NCBI GenBank assembly: GCA_963766735.1
Contig: CAVYBU010000002.1
Span: forward strand, 32,001 to 96,000
Reading direction: 5' to 3'
Length of the DNA stretch: 64,000 nucleotides
DNA from: an uncultured Chloroflexia bacterium
GTDB lineage: Bacteria; Chloroflexota; Limnocylindria; Limnocylindrales; CSP1-4
This document shows positions 10,280 to 20,629 of the stretch, piece after piece. Below the pieces are notes generated by a model. The model saw only the letters and a list, made by a program, of their open reading frames with translations, did no database searches and was not told the DNA's origin. Positions within the stretch are counted from its first letter, which is position 1; the number at the start of each line of letters is the position of its first letter. The translations under genes were made by a program, and so were the position numbers.

Positions 10280-10930
10280 TTGGCGTCCAGCAACCGACTC
10301 CTCGCCCTCGGGCTCGCAACCGCCGTCGCGCTCGCAGGCCTGTCCACGCAACCCGCCGCCGTGGCGGCAACCGACCCGGTTCCGACCCCCGCCCCAACCG
10401 CAACGCCGACGCCGACGCCGACGCCGACTCCGACCCCGGTTCCGACCCCGACCCCGGTCCCTACCCCGGTCCCGACCGCGACGCCGGCGCCGGTCCCGAC
10501 CCCGACGCCGGCGCCCGTGGCGGCATCCCCATCGGTGGTGAAGCCGAACAAGGCGGCCCGGGTCGTCAAGATCGCACTGGCACAGCGCGGCAAGCGGTAC
10601 CGGCGCGGCGCCACGGGGCCCAGGGCGTTTGACTGCTCCGGCCTCGTCCGCTACGCATACCGCAAGGCGGGCGTCTCGAAGCGCATCGGCGGCGGGCACT
10701 CGGCGCGAGGCATGCTCCGCTGGGCTCGCAAGCACCACCTGACCAGCAAGTCCCACCCGAAGGTGGGCGACATCGTGATCTACGGCAACGGCACGCACGC
10801 CGCGATCTACATCGGGAAGGGACGCGTCGTCAGCGCGCTCAACCCGAGGCAGGGGATCCGGGTCACCAGGCTCCACGCGCTACGCGCGCCCGTGACGACG
10901 TTCATCCACACGAAGCTCTCCGGCTCCTAG
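10280..10930 (+). CDS. Secreted NlpC/P60 (C40) peptidoglycan endopeptidase with Pro/Thr linker
   Basis: Signal peptide, (PT)n linker, GATGPRAFDCSGLV catalytic Cys, GDIV...HAAIYIG catalytic His; TTG start after GAGAGGA. Confidence 0.9.
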   Translation: MASSNRLLALGLATAVALAGLSTQPAAVAATDPVPTPAPTATPTPTPTPTPTPVPTPTPVPTPVPTATPAPVPTPTPAPVAASPSVVKPNKAARVVKIALAQRGKRYRRGATGPRAFDCSGLVRYAYRKAGVSKRIGGGHSARGMLRWARKHHLTSKSHPKVGDIVIYGNGTHAAIYIGKGRVVSALNPRQGIRVTRLHALRAPVTTFIHTKLSGS

Positions 10931-11212
10931 GAGCGCGACAGGTTCCGATCCCGGCGCGGGCGCCCTGTGCGCCCGCGCCGGGCTGTCCCCTTCCACGAGG
11001 CTGCGCGACCGCGATCTCGTAGCCGACGGCGTCGCACCGGGCGGCCGGCCTCGTGACCAGGGAGCACCGTGATCGCCGCCGCTGGCGCAGTCGCCCAGCA
11101 CGTCACGTTGCGGCGTGCCATGCTCCCCCTGACCCCCGACGAAGCCCATCCCGCGAGGCGTCCCGCCGACCCGCCCGATCCACACGATCACGCCCGGCAG
11201 GAGGACACCGCG

Positions 11213-12535
11213 ATGACCGTCGAAGCCTCCGTCGCGATGGCGGACGATGGAGCACGTCCCACCGCACTGCTGCCCGGAGGGCAGCTCGTCCGGCTCTCCC
11301 TCTACTGGTTCGGGCTGAGCTCCATCTTCACCGGGCTCACGCAGATCCTGGGCGGCCGGATCCTGTTCGACGGCCTCGGTGACCCCGCCATGAAGGCCAC
11401 GACGCTGTTCTACCTCGGCTTCATGGGCACCATCATCGCGGTGATCGTCCAGCCGACGGTGGGCACGATCAGCGACTACACCATCAGCCGCTGGGGTCGC
11501 CGCAAGCCCTACATCTTCATCGGCACGTCGCTCGACCTCGTGTTCCTGTTCGGCGTCGCCTCCTCGAACACCGTGCTCGCCGTGGCGGCCTTCATGGCGC
11601 TCCTGCAGTTCAGCTCCAACTTCGCCCAGGGCCCCTTCCAGGGCTACGTGCCGGACCTCGTGCCGGAGCCGCAGGTGGGGCTTGCGTCCGCACTCGTGGG
11701 CCTGTTCCAGATCCTGGGCAACGGCGCCGGGTTTGCCATCGGTGCCATCGCCGTCGCCACCGGCAACTTCTTCCTGGGCACGATGGCCCTGGGCGTGCTC
11801 GAGTTCGCGACGATGCTCTCCGTCGTCATCCGGGTGAAGGAGGGGAGAACGCCGCGCGAACGGCAGGGCCGAAGCTGGGTCACCATCGCCCGTGAGGCAT
11901 GGGGCACCGACATCCTGCGCGAGCACTCGTTCGTGTGGCTGGTGAGCTCGCGCTGGTTCGTGCTGATGGGCATGAACATGCTGATCAACTTCGCGCTGTT
12001 CTACTTCGTCCAGTCGTTCGGCATCGCCCAGGAGGACACGGACGTGCCGATGATCGCCGTGCTGGTGGCGACGCTGATCGGCAACACCGTGGCCGTGGTC
12101 CCGGCGGCGCGCCTCTCCGACCGGATCGGGCGCAAGCCGGTGATCTACATGGCGTGCGCGGTCGGGTCGTTGGGGTTGGGGATCGTGGCCATCTCACCGG
12201 CGCTCCCGGTCTCGGTGCTCGGCGGCCTGGTTCTGGGGGCCGGCTTCGGCATGTTCCTGGCGGTTGACTGGGCGCTGCTCACGGACCTCGTGCCGAAGGC
12301 GTCCGCGGGGCGGTACATGGGCATCAGCAACGTGGCCACGGCGACCGCGGGGCTGGTTGGACTCGCGATTGGCGGGATCGTCATCGACCTGACCAACGCC
12401 GCGTTCGGGGAGGGGATCGGGCCCCGGCTCGCGATCGGGCTCTCGGTGCCGCTGCTGGGCATCGGAGCGCTGCTGCTGCGGCCCGTGGTGGAGCCGCGCC
12501 GGGCCGGGTCGGCCGGGACGGGCGCCGTCGCGTGA
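11213..12535 (+). CDS. MFS transporter
   Basis: About 12 hydrophobic segments; GTISDYTISRWGRRKP and RLSDRIGRKP motif-A loops; AGGAGG RBS before ATG 11213. Confidence 0.9.
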   Translation: MTVEASVAMADDGARPTALLPGGQLVRLSLYWFGLSSIFTGLTQILGGRILFDGLGDPAMKATTLFYLGFMGTIIAVIVQPTVGTISDYTISRWGRRKPYIFIGTSLDLVFLFGVASSNTVLAVAAFMALLQFSSNFAQGPFQGYVPDLVPEPQVGLASALVGLFQILGNGAGFAIGAIAVATGNFFLGTMALGVLEFATMLSVVIRVKEGRTPRERQGRSWVTIAREAWGTDILREHSFVWLVSSRWFVLMGMNMLINFALFYFVQSFGIAQEDTDVPMIAVLVATLIGNTVAVVPAARLSDRIGRKPVIYMACAVGSLGLGIVAISPALPVSVLGGLVLGAGFGMFLAVDWALLTDLVPKASAGRYMGISNVATATAGLVGLAIGGIVIDLTNAAFGEGIGPRLAIGLSVPLLGIGALLLRPVVEPRRAGSAGTGAVA

Positions 12536-12592
12536 CGCGGCCGGGGCGCGCCCGATGTGATGCGCCCGACGCGGCCGGGGCCTTCAGCGCCG

Positions 12593-14038
12593 CTAACGCT
12601 CCCGAAGCACCCATGCCGCAAGGTCGTTGACGACTTCCTGGGACACGTGCCCCGGCACGCCGTACTCCGCGGGCCGGCTGGGCCCGGTCCCCGTCATCAG
12701 CAGGTGGTTGAGCGCCGGGTACTCGCGCATGGTCACGTTGTCACGCGACCCCAGCCCGGCCCGCCAGGCGGCCAGCTCGGTTGGCGGCACCTGGTAGTCG
12801 CGGCCGCCCTGGGTGATGAGGATCGGGATCGCGAGGTCCCGGGCCGTGGCCACCGGATCGTACTCACGGAGGTCCAGCCAGTATGCGGCCGGAATGCCGA
12901 GCGGCAGCGAGGACGCCGGGGTCGTGGGCGAGAGGCCGGGCGACTCCAGCAGGGCCATCTGGGCCGGCAGCGCCTCGAGCATTGCCCCGGCCTGCGGGTC
13001 TGCTCCCCCCTCGTCGGACGCGAGGTAGGCCAGCTGGTCAGCGATCAGCTGCTGCAGGGGACTGGCGTTTGCCTCGAGCAGCGCGATGCCTGCAAGGCGT
13101 CCGGGTGCCGCTGCCGCAATCCGCGGCGCAAGGTAGCCGCCAAGGCTGTGGCCCGCCAGGAAGACACGCCCGGGATCGATGCCCTTCGTTCCCCGCAGGA
13201 GGTCCACGGCGGCGATCGCGTCATCGGTCGTCTCCTCGCGCACCGTGAGCTCGGCGGACTGCGCCGCCATCGCGGCTCCGTGGGCCTTCGTGCGCTTCTC
13301 GTACCGGAGGACGGCGATCCCCGATGAAGCCAGCCCCCACGCGACATCGCGAAGTGGCTTGTTCGGCCCGATCGTCTCGTCGCGGTCCTGGGGTCCCGAG
13401 CCCGCGACGAGCACCACGGCCGGGAACGGGCCGTCGCCCCTGGGCATGGACAACGTGCCCGGCAGCGCCCACGGCGCTGCGCCCACGGTGACCTCGGTCT
13501 CGGTGAAGGCGTTCGGGTTCACGTACGCGGCCGGGGAGGCCTCCTCGGAGGGCGCTGGCGAGCCTGACGACGGGGATCCGGAGGTTGCCGGACCCGGCTG
13601 GCCAAGGTGCAGACCCGCGACCAGGCCCTCGCCGGACACCGTGACGAGAACGGGGACGGTCGCATTGGCAAAGCGCGTCTCGACCGTCGCGGTGACATAG
13701 GGCGGCTTCTCCTCCAGCGTGACGTCGCCAAGGCCTCCATAGGCTCCGAACTGCGCGATGATCTGCGACCAGAGCTGGCCCAGCGCGGCGGCGGGTGCCG
13801 CCTTGCGCATCGTGGCGTCCTCCATCGCCTCGGCTGCGGTCATGTCCCCGGCCGCGAGGGCCTCGACGAAAGCTCGTCCGATCGCCGAAGGGTCGGTGGT
13901 GCCACCGGATGGGATTGCCGGGGCGGCTGACGCGTCGCCCGACGCGGTCGTGGCCGACGGGCCGGGGTCGCCGGACGCGCAGGCAGCCAGCCCGAGCGTG
14001 ACGAGGGCGACAACCAGCGTGCGTCCGACCACGTTCAT
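12593..14038 (-). CDS. Lipoprotein alpha/beta hydrolase with N-terminal DUF3887-like domain
   Basis: Lipobox LAAC; GSGPQDRDET; nucleophile GHSLG; QGGRDYQV; YPALNH catalytic His. Confidence 0.85.
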   Translation of the reverse strand: MNVVGRTLVVALVTLGLAACASGDPGPSATTASGDASAAPAIPSGGTTDPSAIGRAFVEALAAGDMTAAEAMEDATMRKAAPAAALGQLWSQIIAQFGAYGGLGDVTLEEKPPYVTATVETRFANATVPVLVTVSGEGLVAGLHLGQPGPATSGSPSSGSPAPSEEASPAAYVNPNAFTETEVTVGAAPWALPGTLSMPRGDGPFPAVVLVAGSGPQDRDETIGPNKPLRDVAWGLASSGIAVLRYEKRTKAHGAAMAAQSAELTVREETTDDAIAAVDLLRGTKGIDPGRVFLAGHSLGGYLAPRIAAAAPGRLAGIALLEANASPLQQLIADQLAYLASDEGGADPQAGAMLEALPAQMALLESPGLSPTTPASSLPLGIPAAYWLDLREYDPVATARDLAIPILITQGGRDYQVPPTELAAWRAGLGSRDNVTMREYPALNHLLMTGTGPSRPAEYGVPGHVSQEVVNDLAAWVLRER

Positions 14039-14222
14039 TTCCTCCGGGCTGCGCCGTGGGCGGCGCGAGTTGCGGCGTTCGCAGGGAGCGCGGCCGCTGG
14101 GACGATGATGCCGCCGGGGCGGGGGCGCCGCATGGGCCGATCGGCCGATGGTGGGAGTGCTCGATGGCGACGGTGCCCGTCGTGACAGCCGAGGTGGCAC
14201 GGCCCGGGTCGACGATGTCGGC

Positions 14223-15062
14223 ATGAGCGAGCTAGCGACACCGATCGCACCCTCAGACCTCTCGACCCTGCCGCTGCCGGCACGCGAGAGCCACTCGTCG
14301 CTCTCCACGTACGCGGCCTGTCCGCGTCGGTACGCCTTCCGCTACGTGGAACGGCTGCCCGGCGAAGTGCCGCATTGGTGGTTCACCTTTGGCTCGGCCG
14401 TCCACGCTGCCTTCGAGGCTTTCGACCGGGCGCGGATCCGGGGCCGGAGGGACGACATGCCCGCCCCCGGGTACGACGTGCTCGCGCGGGCCTTCCACGA
14501 GGCCATGGACGCCGCCGGCTGCGAGCCCGACGAGGCCGCCCGCTACCGCGCTCGCGGCGAACCGGTCCTCCGCGCCTACCTGGAGCGCGCCGTCGCGTCG
14601 GACGCGGAGCCAGTCGGGGTCGAGATGGGCTTCGGGATCGACATCCCGCTGATGGATGGCCAGACGCCGGTCCGGCTCGTCGGCTACATCGACCGCATCG
14701 ACCGCCGTCCGGACGGCGCCATCGAGGTGATCGACCACAAGACCGGCAGGGAGCGGTCGCAGGGCGACGTGGACCGGGACCGCCAGATCACCGCCTACGC
14801 CTTCGCCTGCGCCCGGGGCGGCCTGCACGACCCGGCCACCGGGGACATCCTCCCGGCTGCCGCGCGTCTCGGGCTCCACTTTGCCGAGACCGGGCTCACG
14901 GTCTGGACCACCCGGTCGACGGAGGACCTCGATGCCTTCGGGGCCCGCCTGGTCGGCGAGGTCGGAGCCATCCGCCGCCGGGAGTTCGAGCCGCGACCCG
15001 GCACGGCCTGCCGCTGGTGCGAGTACCGCGCCACCTGCCCTGATGCCGCGCCGTTGCCGTGA
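14223..15062 (+). CDS. PD-(D/E)XK nuclease, RecB/AddB/Cas4-like, predicted 4Fe-4S
   Basis: SHSSLSTYAACPRRY, GSAVHAAFE, GYIDRID, VIDHKTG, QITAY and C-terminal CRWCEYRATC. Confidence 0.85.
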   Translation: MSELATPIAPSDLSTLPLPARESHSSLSTYAACPRRYAFRYVERLPGEVPHWWFTFGSAVHAAFEAFDRARIRGRRDDMPAPGYDVLARAFHEAMDAAGCEPDEAARYRARGEPVLRAYLERAVASDAEPVGVEMGFGIDIPLMDGQTPVRLVGYIDRIDRRPDGAIEVIDHKTGRERSQGDVDRDRQITAYAFACARGGLHDPATGDILPAAARLGLHFAETGLTVWTTRSTEDLDAFGARLVGEVGAIRRREFEPRPGTACRWCEYRATCPDAAPLP

Positions 15063-15172
15063 GCAAGGCACCCCCCGGGCGAGCTGCGTGGGGTTATGGT
15101 GTCGCGACAGCAGCTCGCTAGGACTCTGTCGTCGGGGTCCAGCGTGAAGCTCGCTGTATGAGGAGCAGGCCC

Positions 15173-16306
15173 GTGAGCGATGCCACCGGGGCGACGATCG
15201 AGCGCATCGAGGTCTTCGGCTACGAGTTGAGCTACGCCCATGGCGACTACGTCATGTCGTCCGGGCGCGAGATCCGCCGTCTGCCGAGCACGGTGGTGCG
15301 CATCACGACCCGGGATGGAGCACAGGGGTTCGGAGAGGTCTGTCCGCTGGGCAGCACATACCTGCCGGCGTTCGGCGAGGGGGCTCGCGCGGCGCTCCGA
15401 GAGCTCGCTCCGGCGCTCATCGGTGCCGACGCCACGAACCTCGCCGAGATCCACCGGCGCATGGACGGCCGGCTCCGCGGCCACGAATACGCCAAGAGCG
15501 CGCTCGACGTCGCGTGCTGGGATGCCTTTGGGAGGCTCGTCGGCCAGCCGGTGGCCGCGCTCCTCGGTGGAACGCTCCAGGCCGAGCTGCCGCTCTACGT
15601 GGCGATTCCCCTCGGGACCCCGGACCGCATGGCCGCCTTCGTGGCCCGCGAGCGCTCCGAGGGGATCCGGAACTTCCAGGCGAAGCTCGGCGCCGATCCG
15701 GCCGAGGACGCCGAGCGGGTTGCGGCTGTGCTCGCTGCGACGGAGCCCGGTGACGCGGTGATCGGCGACGCCAACGGCGGCTGGCGGCGTCAGGATGCGA
15801 TCATCGCCGCCCGGCTGCTGGAGGGCTCCCAGCGCTTCCGGCTCGAGCAGCCCTGCCCCACGCTCGAGGAATGCGTCGCGGTGCGACGCCTGACCACGCT
15901 GCCGATGGTCCTCGACGAGGTGATCGTGGACCTGCCCACGCTCGTCCGGGCCGCGAGCCTGGACGCGATGGACCAGGTGAACCTCAAGGTCAGCCGTGTC
16001 GGAGGTCTGCTGCCGGCGCGCCTGATGCGCGACGCGGCCGTTGCCCTCGGCCTCCGGCTCATGATCGAGGACAGCTGGGGCGGCGACGTTGTCACGGCCG
16101 CCGTGGCGCATCTCGCGGCCGGGACGCCGCCCGAGGCGCTGTTCGCCGTCTCGTTCATGAACGACTGGACGCTGGAGCACATCGCCGGCTACCGGCCGCG
16201 TTCCGATCGCGGCTTCGGCCCGGTTCCCGATGGCCCCGGCCTGGGCATCGAGGTGGACGTGTCCGCGCTCGGCGCCCCGCTGTTCACGGTGGTCGCACCG
16301 GCCTGA
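15173..16306 (+). CDS. Mandelate racemase/muconate lactonizing family enzyme (hydroxyproline-betaine epimerase / cis-3-hydroxyproline dehydratase-like)
   Basis: GEVCPLGSTYLP, QAKLG, DANGGW, EQPC, LDE, NLKVSRVGG, EDSWGGD. Confidence 0.82.
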   Translation: MSDATGATIERIEVFGYELSYAHGDYVMSSGREIRRLPSTVVRITTRDGAQGFGEVCPLGSTYLPAFGEGARAALRELAPALIGADATNLAEIHRRMDGRLRGHEYAKSALDVACWDAFGRLVGQPVAALLGGTLQAELPLYVAIPLGTPDRMAAFVARERSEGIRNFQAKLGADPAEDAERVAAVLAATEPGDAVIGDANGGWRRQDAIIAARLLEGSQRFRLEQPCPTLEECVAVRRLTTLPMVLDEVIVDLPTLVRAASLDAMDQVNLKVSRVGGLLPARLMRDAAVALGLRLMIEDSWGGDVVTAAVAHLAAGTPPEALFAVSFMNDWTLEHIAGYRPRSDRGFGPVPDGPGLGIEVDVSALGAPLFTVVAPA

Positions 16307-16705
16307 CGGGCGACGATCCGCTCGAATCGCCCAAGGCCTGGTCCGACGCGGGTGGTGCGGCGCTCCCGGACATCCGCCTGAGCGAGACGAGCCCGCACGT
16401 CGAGTTCCGGAACCGGGCGGGGGACTGAGGAAGACCGGCTGCGGGCGCAGGCGGTCGTGGAGCGGCGCGGCTTCGCGTTGGGTGCCATTTGGCCTGCCCC
16501 AGACGGGCCGACTGAACCCCAGCCGTCAGCGGACGGTCCGGTGGTCCAGTCCGGGCGGCTCATCCCTCGTGGCGCGGCTGGGGCGCACCATGGCGGCAGG
16601 TCAGCAACCGAGGGTCCGCGGCTCCCGGGAGCAGCCGAAGCACACCAGTCGTCCCAGCCATCCGCACCCAGGTGCCGGATGAGTGTGATCGGAAGGAAGT
16701 CAGAG

Positions 16706-17407
16706 ATGTACGCACGGTTCAAGGTTGTCGGACTCGGCCTCATCATCGCCGGCCTGCTCTTCGTGGGCGTGGGTGGCTACACCTACGTGAAGACCCAGGA
16801 AGGCGCCACGGCCCTGCAGTCGTTCAGCGCGGCGCAGAACGTCACGCTCAGCTACAACGAAGAAGGCCAGCTTGTCGATCGTGGCGAGACCGCCGGCGCC
16901 GAGGCGATCATGGGCCTGCTCACCAATGACTGGGGCTACGCGGTCAACACCGCCGAGCTCAACCCCAACGACCCGGTCGTGAACACAGCGTCCGAGTACA
17001 TGTACCAGATGGCCACGATCGCGTACCACACCCTCAACGGCACGCAGACCGTCGTCCTCACGGAGCCGGCAGAGTTCAACGGTGAGACGATCGCGGCGGG
17101 GACCTACGAGGTGCCGGTGGACGGCCGCTACTGGACCGCGTTCAACCGCCAGAACCCCATCGACGCCAAGGTGCGCGAGCAGGCATGGACCGGCACGGCC
17201 CACGCCCTGATCGCCGAGCTCGGTGTCGGCAGCGTCACCGCCTCAACCCTCCAGGTGGGCCTCGGGATCGCGGCAATCGCCGCGGCCCTCGGTGCGACGC
17301 TGATGCTCCTCGGCGGGGGCGTGATCTGGGCTGCCCGCCCGGTGGAGGTCACGGAACCGGCGGCCGCCAAGGCCAAGGTCCGCGGCAACGTTCCCGCTAC
17401 CGCCTGA
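16706..17407 (+). CDS. Hypothetical membrane protein (N- and C-terminal TM helices flanking an extracytoplasmic domain)
   Basis: Strong GC3 codon bias, AAGGAAG RBS, two hydrophobic ends, followed by hairpins. Confidence 0.7.
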   Translation: MYARFKVVGLGLIIAGLLFVGVGGYTYVKTQEGATALQSFSAAQNVTLSYNEEGQLVDRGETAGAEAIMGLLTNDWGYAVNTAELNPNDPVVNTASEYMYQMATIAYHTLNGTQTVVLTEPAEFNGETIAAGTYEVPVDGRYWTAFNRQNPIDAKVREQAWTGTAHALIAELGVGSVTASTLQVGLGIAAIAAALGATLMLLGGGVIWAARPVEVTEPAAAKAKVRGNVPATA

Positions 17408-17450
17408 TCTCCCCTGGAGGGGGCAACCCCTTCGAGTGCTGATCCGCAAC

Positions 17451-17484
17451 GACACGCCGGGCCTCTCCCAGGGCCCGGCGTGTC
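17451..17484. terminator. 13-bp stem-loop between convergent genes
   Basis: GACACGCCGGGCC-N8-GGCCCGGCGTGTC. Confidence 0.6.
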
Positions 17485-17711
17485 AATCTGTGCCCGGCCG
17501 GCGCGGCCACCGGTACGGAGCGGACGATCAGCCGGTGCACGCCCGTGGGGCGAAGAAGCCCGATCGACACAGGAACGCAGGGAATTCGGCACCAGGCCGG
17601 GTGCCAGGAGCGACGCGTGTGCAGATCTGGCGTTGGACCGCGCTCCCGGAGACGGGCGGTCAGGTCGCACTCTGGTGCCGGGTGGCGGAGTGAGCTCGTG
17701 GCCAGCGAGGG

Positions 17712-18551
17712 TCAGCGAGCCGCGATGACGTCCCTCCCGAACCGCGCAAGCGACTCCGGATCGTCCGGCCCGGGGCCGACGTTCAGGTAGAGCCGCTGGG
17801 CGCCCGCCGCCTCGTAGGCCGCGATCAGCCGGACCTGCTCCTCGACGGTCCCGTCGGGCCAGGGGACCATGACGGACCGTCTCACGGTCGCCGGATCGCG
17901 CCCGATCGACGCGCAAACTGTATCGAGGCGATCGAACGCCTCCCGGCTGCCGTCCGGCCCGAGCGTGTCGATGTTGAGCTCATCGGCGTAGCGGGCGGCG
18001 AGCTCGACCGTGCGACGCTTGCCGAGCCCGCCGACGATGATCGGCGGGTGAGGGCGCTGGACGGGCTTGGGCTGGCAGATCGCGTCCCGTACCTCGTAGA
18101 ACTGGCCGCGGAACGTAAAGGGAGTCTCGGTCCACAGCCCACGCACGATCTGCAGGGCCTCTTCGAGCCGATCGAACCGTTCCACGATCGGCGGGTACGG
18201 GATGCCGAACTGCTCGTGCTCCGCGTCGTACCACCCGGCCCCCATGCCGACTTCCACCCGGCCGTCGCTCATCTCGTCGACGGTCGCCGCGATCTTGGCC
18301 AGGGCGACGGGCAGCCGGAAGGTCATCGGGCTCACCAGCGTCCCGATCCGGATCGTGGTGGTCTCGCGCGCGATCCCGGCCAGCGTCGTCCAGGCGTCCG
18401 TGGCAGGCTGCTCGAACTGCCCCTCCAGCGAGAGCCAGTGGTCGGAGCGGAAGAACCCGTCGAAGCCGGCCGCCTCCGCACGCTGGGCGAGGTCCAGCAA
18501 GCCACGATACGTCGACCCCTCCTGGGGCTCCAGCATGAGCGCGAACTGCAT
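17712..18551 (-). CDS. LLM-class (probably F420-dependent) oxidoreductase
   Basis: AEAAGFDGFFRSDH, DAWTTLAGIARETTTIRIGTLVSP, GAGWYDAEH, PKPVQRPHPPIIVGG. Confidence 0.88.
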   Translation of the reverse strand: MQFALMLEPQEGSTYRGLLDLAQRAEAAGFDGFFRSDHWLSLEGQFEQPATDAWTTLAGIARETTTIRIGTLVSPMTFRLPVALAKIAATVDEMSDGRVEVGMGAGWYDAEHEQFGIPYPPIVERFDRLEEALQIVRGLWTETPFTFRGQFYEVRDAICQPKPVQRPHPPIIVGGLGKRRTVELAARYADELNIDTLGPDGSREAFDRLDTVCASIGRDPATVRRSVMVPWPDGTVEEQVRLIAAYEAAGAQRLYLNVGPGPDDPESLARFGRDVIAAR

Positions 18552-18620
18552 CGGTCACACCGTCCACATCGTTTACGTCTCGGGCCGTGCGGCTGGGGAT
18601 GCCAGCACTCCCGACCAGAC

Positions 18621-20309
18621 CTACCCCTTCGCCTGTACCTTCGCCCAGGTGTCCCTCAGCGTCATCGTCCGGTTGAACACCAGCGCCCCCGGTGCCGAGT
18701 CCGAGTCGACGCAGAAGTAGCCCAGCCGCTCGAACTGCACGGTCTCGCCCATCGGCACATCCGCCAGCGACGGCTCCAGGAGCGCCCCCGAGAGCACGGC
18801 CTCGGACTGCGGGTTCAGATCCTCCAGGAGGTCCCTCCCCTCGGAGCCAGGATCCGACCGGCTGAACAACTGGTCGTAGAGGCGTACCTCGGCCGGGATC
18901 GCGTGCGCCGCCGACACCCAGTGGAGCGTCGCCTTGGGCCGGCGGCCGTCCGGTGAGTCGCCGCCCCGCGTGGCCGGGTCGTAGGTGCAGCGAAGCTCCA
19001 CGATGCGGCCATCGGCATCTTTCACCACGCTCTGACACGTGATGAAGTACGCGTTCCGCAGCCGGACCTCGCGCCCGGGCGAGAGGCGGAAGAACTTGGG
19101 CGCGGGCTCCTCCATGAAGTCGTCGCGCTCGATCCACAACTCACGCGAGAACGCCACGCGCCTCGTGCCGGCCGCCGGATTCTCCGGATTGTTGACGACC
19201 TCCATCTCCTCGACCTGGCCGTCCGGGTAGTTCTCGATGACCACCTTGACGGGATCGAGGACGGCGAACCGCCGCACGGACGTCCGGTTGAGGACGTCGC
19301 GGATCGAGTGCTCAAGCATCGCGTACTCGTGGACGGCGTTGTCCTTCGCCACCCCGACCGCCGTGGCGAAGTTGCGGATGCCCTCGGCGGGAAAGCCGCG
19401 TCGTCGCAGGCCCGCGATGGTGGGCATCCGGGGATCGTCCCAGCCGCGCACGTGGCCGTCCTGGACCAGCCTGAGCAGGAAGCGCTTGCTCATGACGACG
19501 TATGTGAGGTTGAGCCGCGCGAACTCGTATTGGTGGGGGCGGGACGGAACCGGCAGGGCCTCGATGAACCAGTCGTAGAGCGGGCGATGGTTCTCGAACT
19601 CCAGGGTGCAGATCGAGTGCGTGATTCCCTCGATCGCGTCTGACTGGCCGTGCGCATAGTCGTAGGTGGGGTAGACGCACCAGGCGTTGCCCGTGCGCGG
19701 GTGTTCGGCGTGCACGATCCGATAGAGCACGGGGTCCCGCAGGATGATGTTGGGCGCGGCCATGTCGATCTTCGCCCGCAGCACGCGCGCCCCATTGGGG
19801 AATTCGCCCGCGCGCATCCGCTCGAACAGATCCAGGCTCTCCCCGATCGGCCGCTCCCGCCACGGCGAGTTCCGCCCGGGCTCCGTCAGCGTCCCGCGGT
19901 GCTCGCGGATCTCGTCCGCGGTGAGGTCGTCCACGTATGCCTTGCCGGTCTCGATGAGGTGGACGGCCCACGCGTACAGCTGCTCGAAGTAGTCCGACGC
20001 GTGGTAGAGGTGCTCGCCCCAGTCGAAGCCCAGCCAGCGGACATCCGCCTCGATGGCATCGATGTACTCCTGCTCCTCCTTGACCGGGTTGGTGTCGTCG
20101 AAGCGCAGGTGGCAGCGGCCTCCGAACTCCTTGGCGACGCCGAAGTTCAGGCAGATCGACTTCGCGTGGCCGATGTGGAGGTAGCCGTTGGGCTCCGGGG
20201 GGAAGCGGGTGACGACGTTCGTGACCCGGCCCGCGCGCAGGTCCGCGGCCACGATGTCACGGATGAAGTCGGTCCGGTCCGGGGTGGGGGAGGGGGTCTC
20301 CGTGCTCAC
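18621..20309 (-). CDS. glnS: Glutamine--tRNA ligase
   Basis: [17 protein letters not shown] (HIGH), [29 protein letters not shown]; GTG start with AGGAG RBS. Confidence 0.95.
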   Translation of the reverse strand: MSTETPSPTPDRTDFIRDIVAADLRAGRVTNVVTRFPPEPNGYLHIGHAKSICLNFGVAKEFGGRCHLRFDDTNPVKEEQEYIDAIEADVRWLGFDWGEHLYHASDYFEQLYAWAVHLIETGKAYVDDLTADEIREHRGTLTEPGRNSPWRERPIGESLDLFERMRAGEFPNGARVLRAKIDMAAPNIILRDPVLYRIVHAEHPRTGNAWCVYPTYDYAHGQSDAIEGITHSICTLEFENHRPLYDWFIEALPVPSRPHQYEFARLNLTYVVMSKRFLLRLVQDGHVRGWDDPRMPTIAGLRRRGFPAEGIRNFATAVGVAKDNAVHEYAMLEHSIRDVLNRTSVRRFAVLDPVKVVIENYPDGQVEEMEVVNNPENPAAGTRRVAFSRELWIERDDFMEEPAPKFFRLSPGREVRLRNAYFITCQSVVKDADGRIVELRCTYDPATRGGDSPDGRRPKATLHWVSAAHAIPAEVRLYDQLFSRSDPGSEGRDLLEDLNPQSEAVLSGALLEPSLADVPMGETVQFERLGYFCVDSDSAPGALVFNRTMTLRDTWAKVQAKG

Positions 20310-20386
20310 CGTTCGTTGCCGCTCCTGGCTGATGGCTGGCAGGACACGCGGCTCGCGCGGCGGCTGCACCACACTCCCGAAGGAGT

Positions 20387-20461
20387 TGGCTGGCGCGCTA
20401 GGATTCGAACCTAGAACCCCCTGATCCAGAGTCAGGTGCCATACCATTAGGCCACGCGCCA
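20387..20461 (-). tRNA. tRNA-Gln (anticodon CTG), CCA encoded
   Basis: Minus strand TGGCGCGTGGCCTAATGGTATGGCACCTGACTCTGGATCAGGGGGTTCTAGGTTCGAATCCTAGCGCGCCAGCCA folds as a cloverleaf; TAGACT -10 at 20475-20480. Confidence 0.97.
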
Positions 20462-20629
20462 GCGACCGTCGCGAAGTCTACCCCATGTGCGCGCGAGCGA
20501 ACCATCCGCTGGGCTGGCCAGATGCGGCCCGGGGTTCGATCGACGGCGGTCATGGCGCCTCCCGCTGCGGGCCCGCGGGACGCAGGGCGGGAGCGATCCC
20601 TTCCAGAGCGGAGCCGGATCGGTGGTGGC

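Noticed and set aside
10373-10517. CCGAC(G/C) hexamer repeats
   Set aside because: They encode an ordinary Pro/Thr linker in the NlpC/P60 protein
14223-15062. cas4 of a CRISPR-Cas locus
   Set aside because: No other cas genes or arrays in the window
16310-16700. Possible small ORF or ncRNA in the 400-nt gap
   Set aside because: No convincing start/RBS, motif or standout structure
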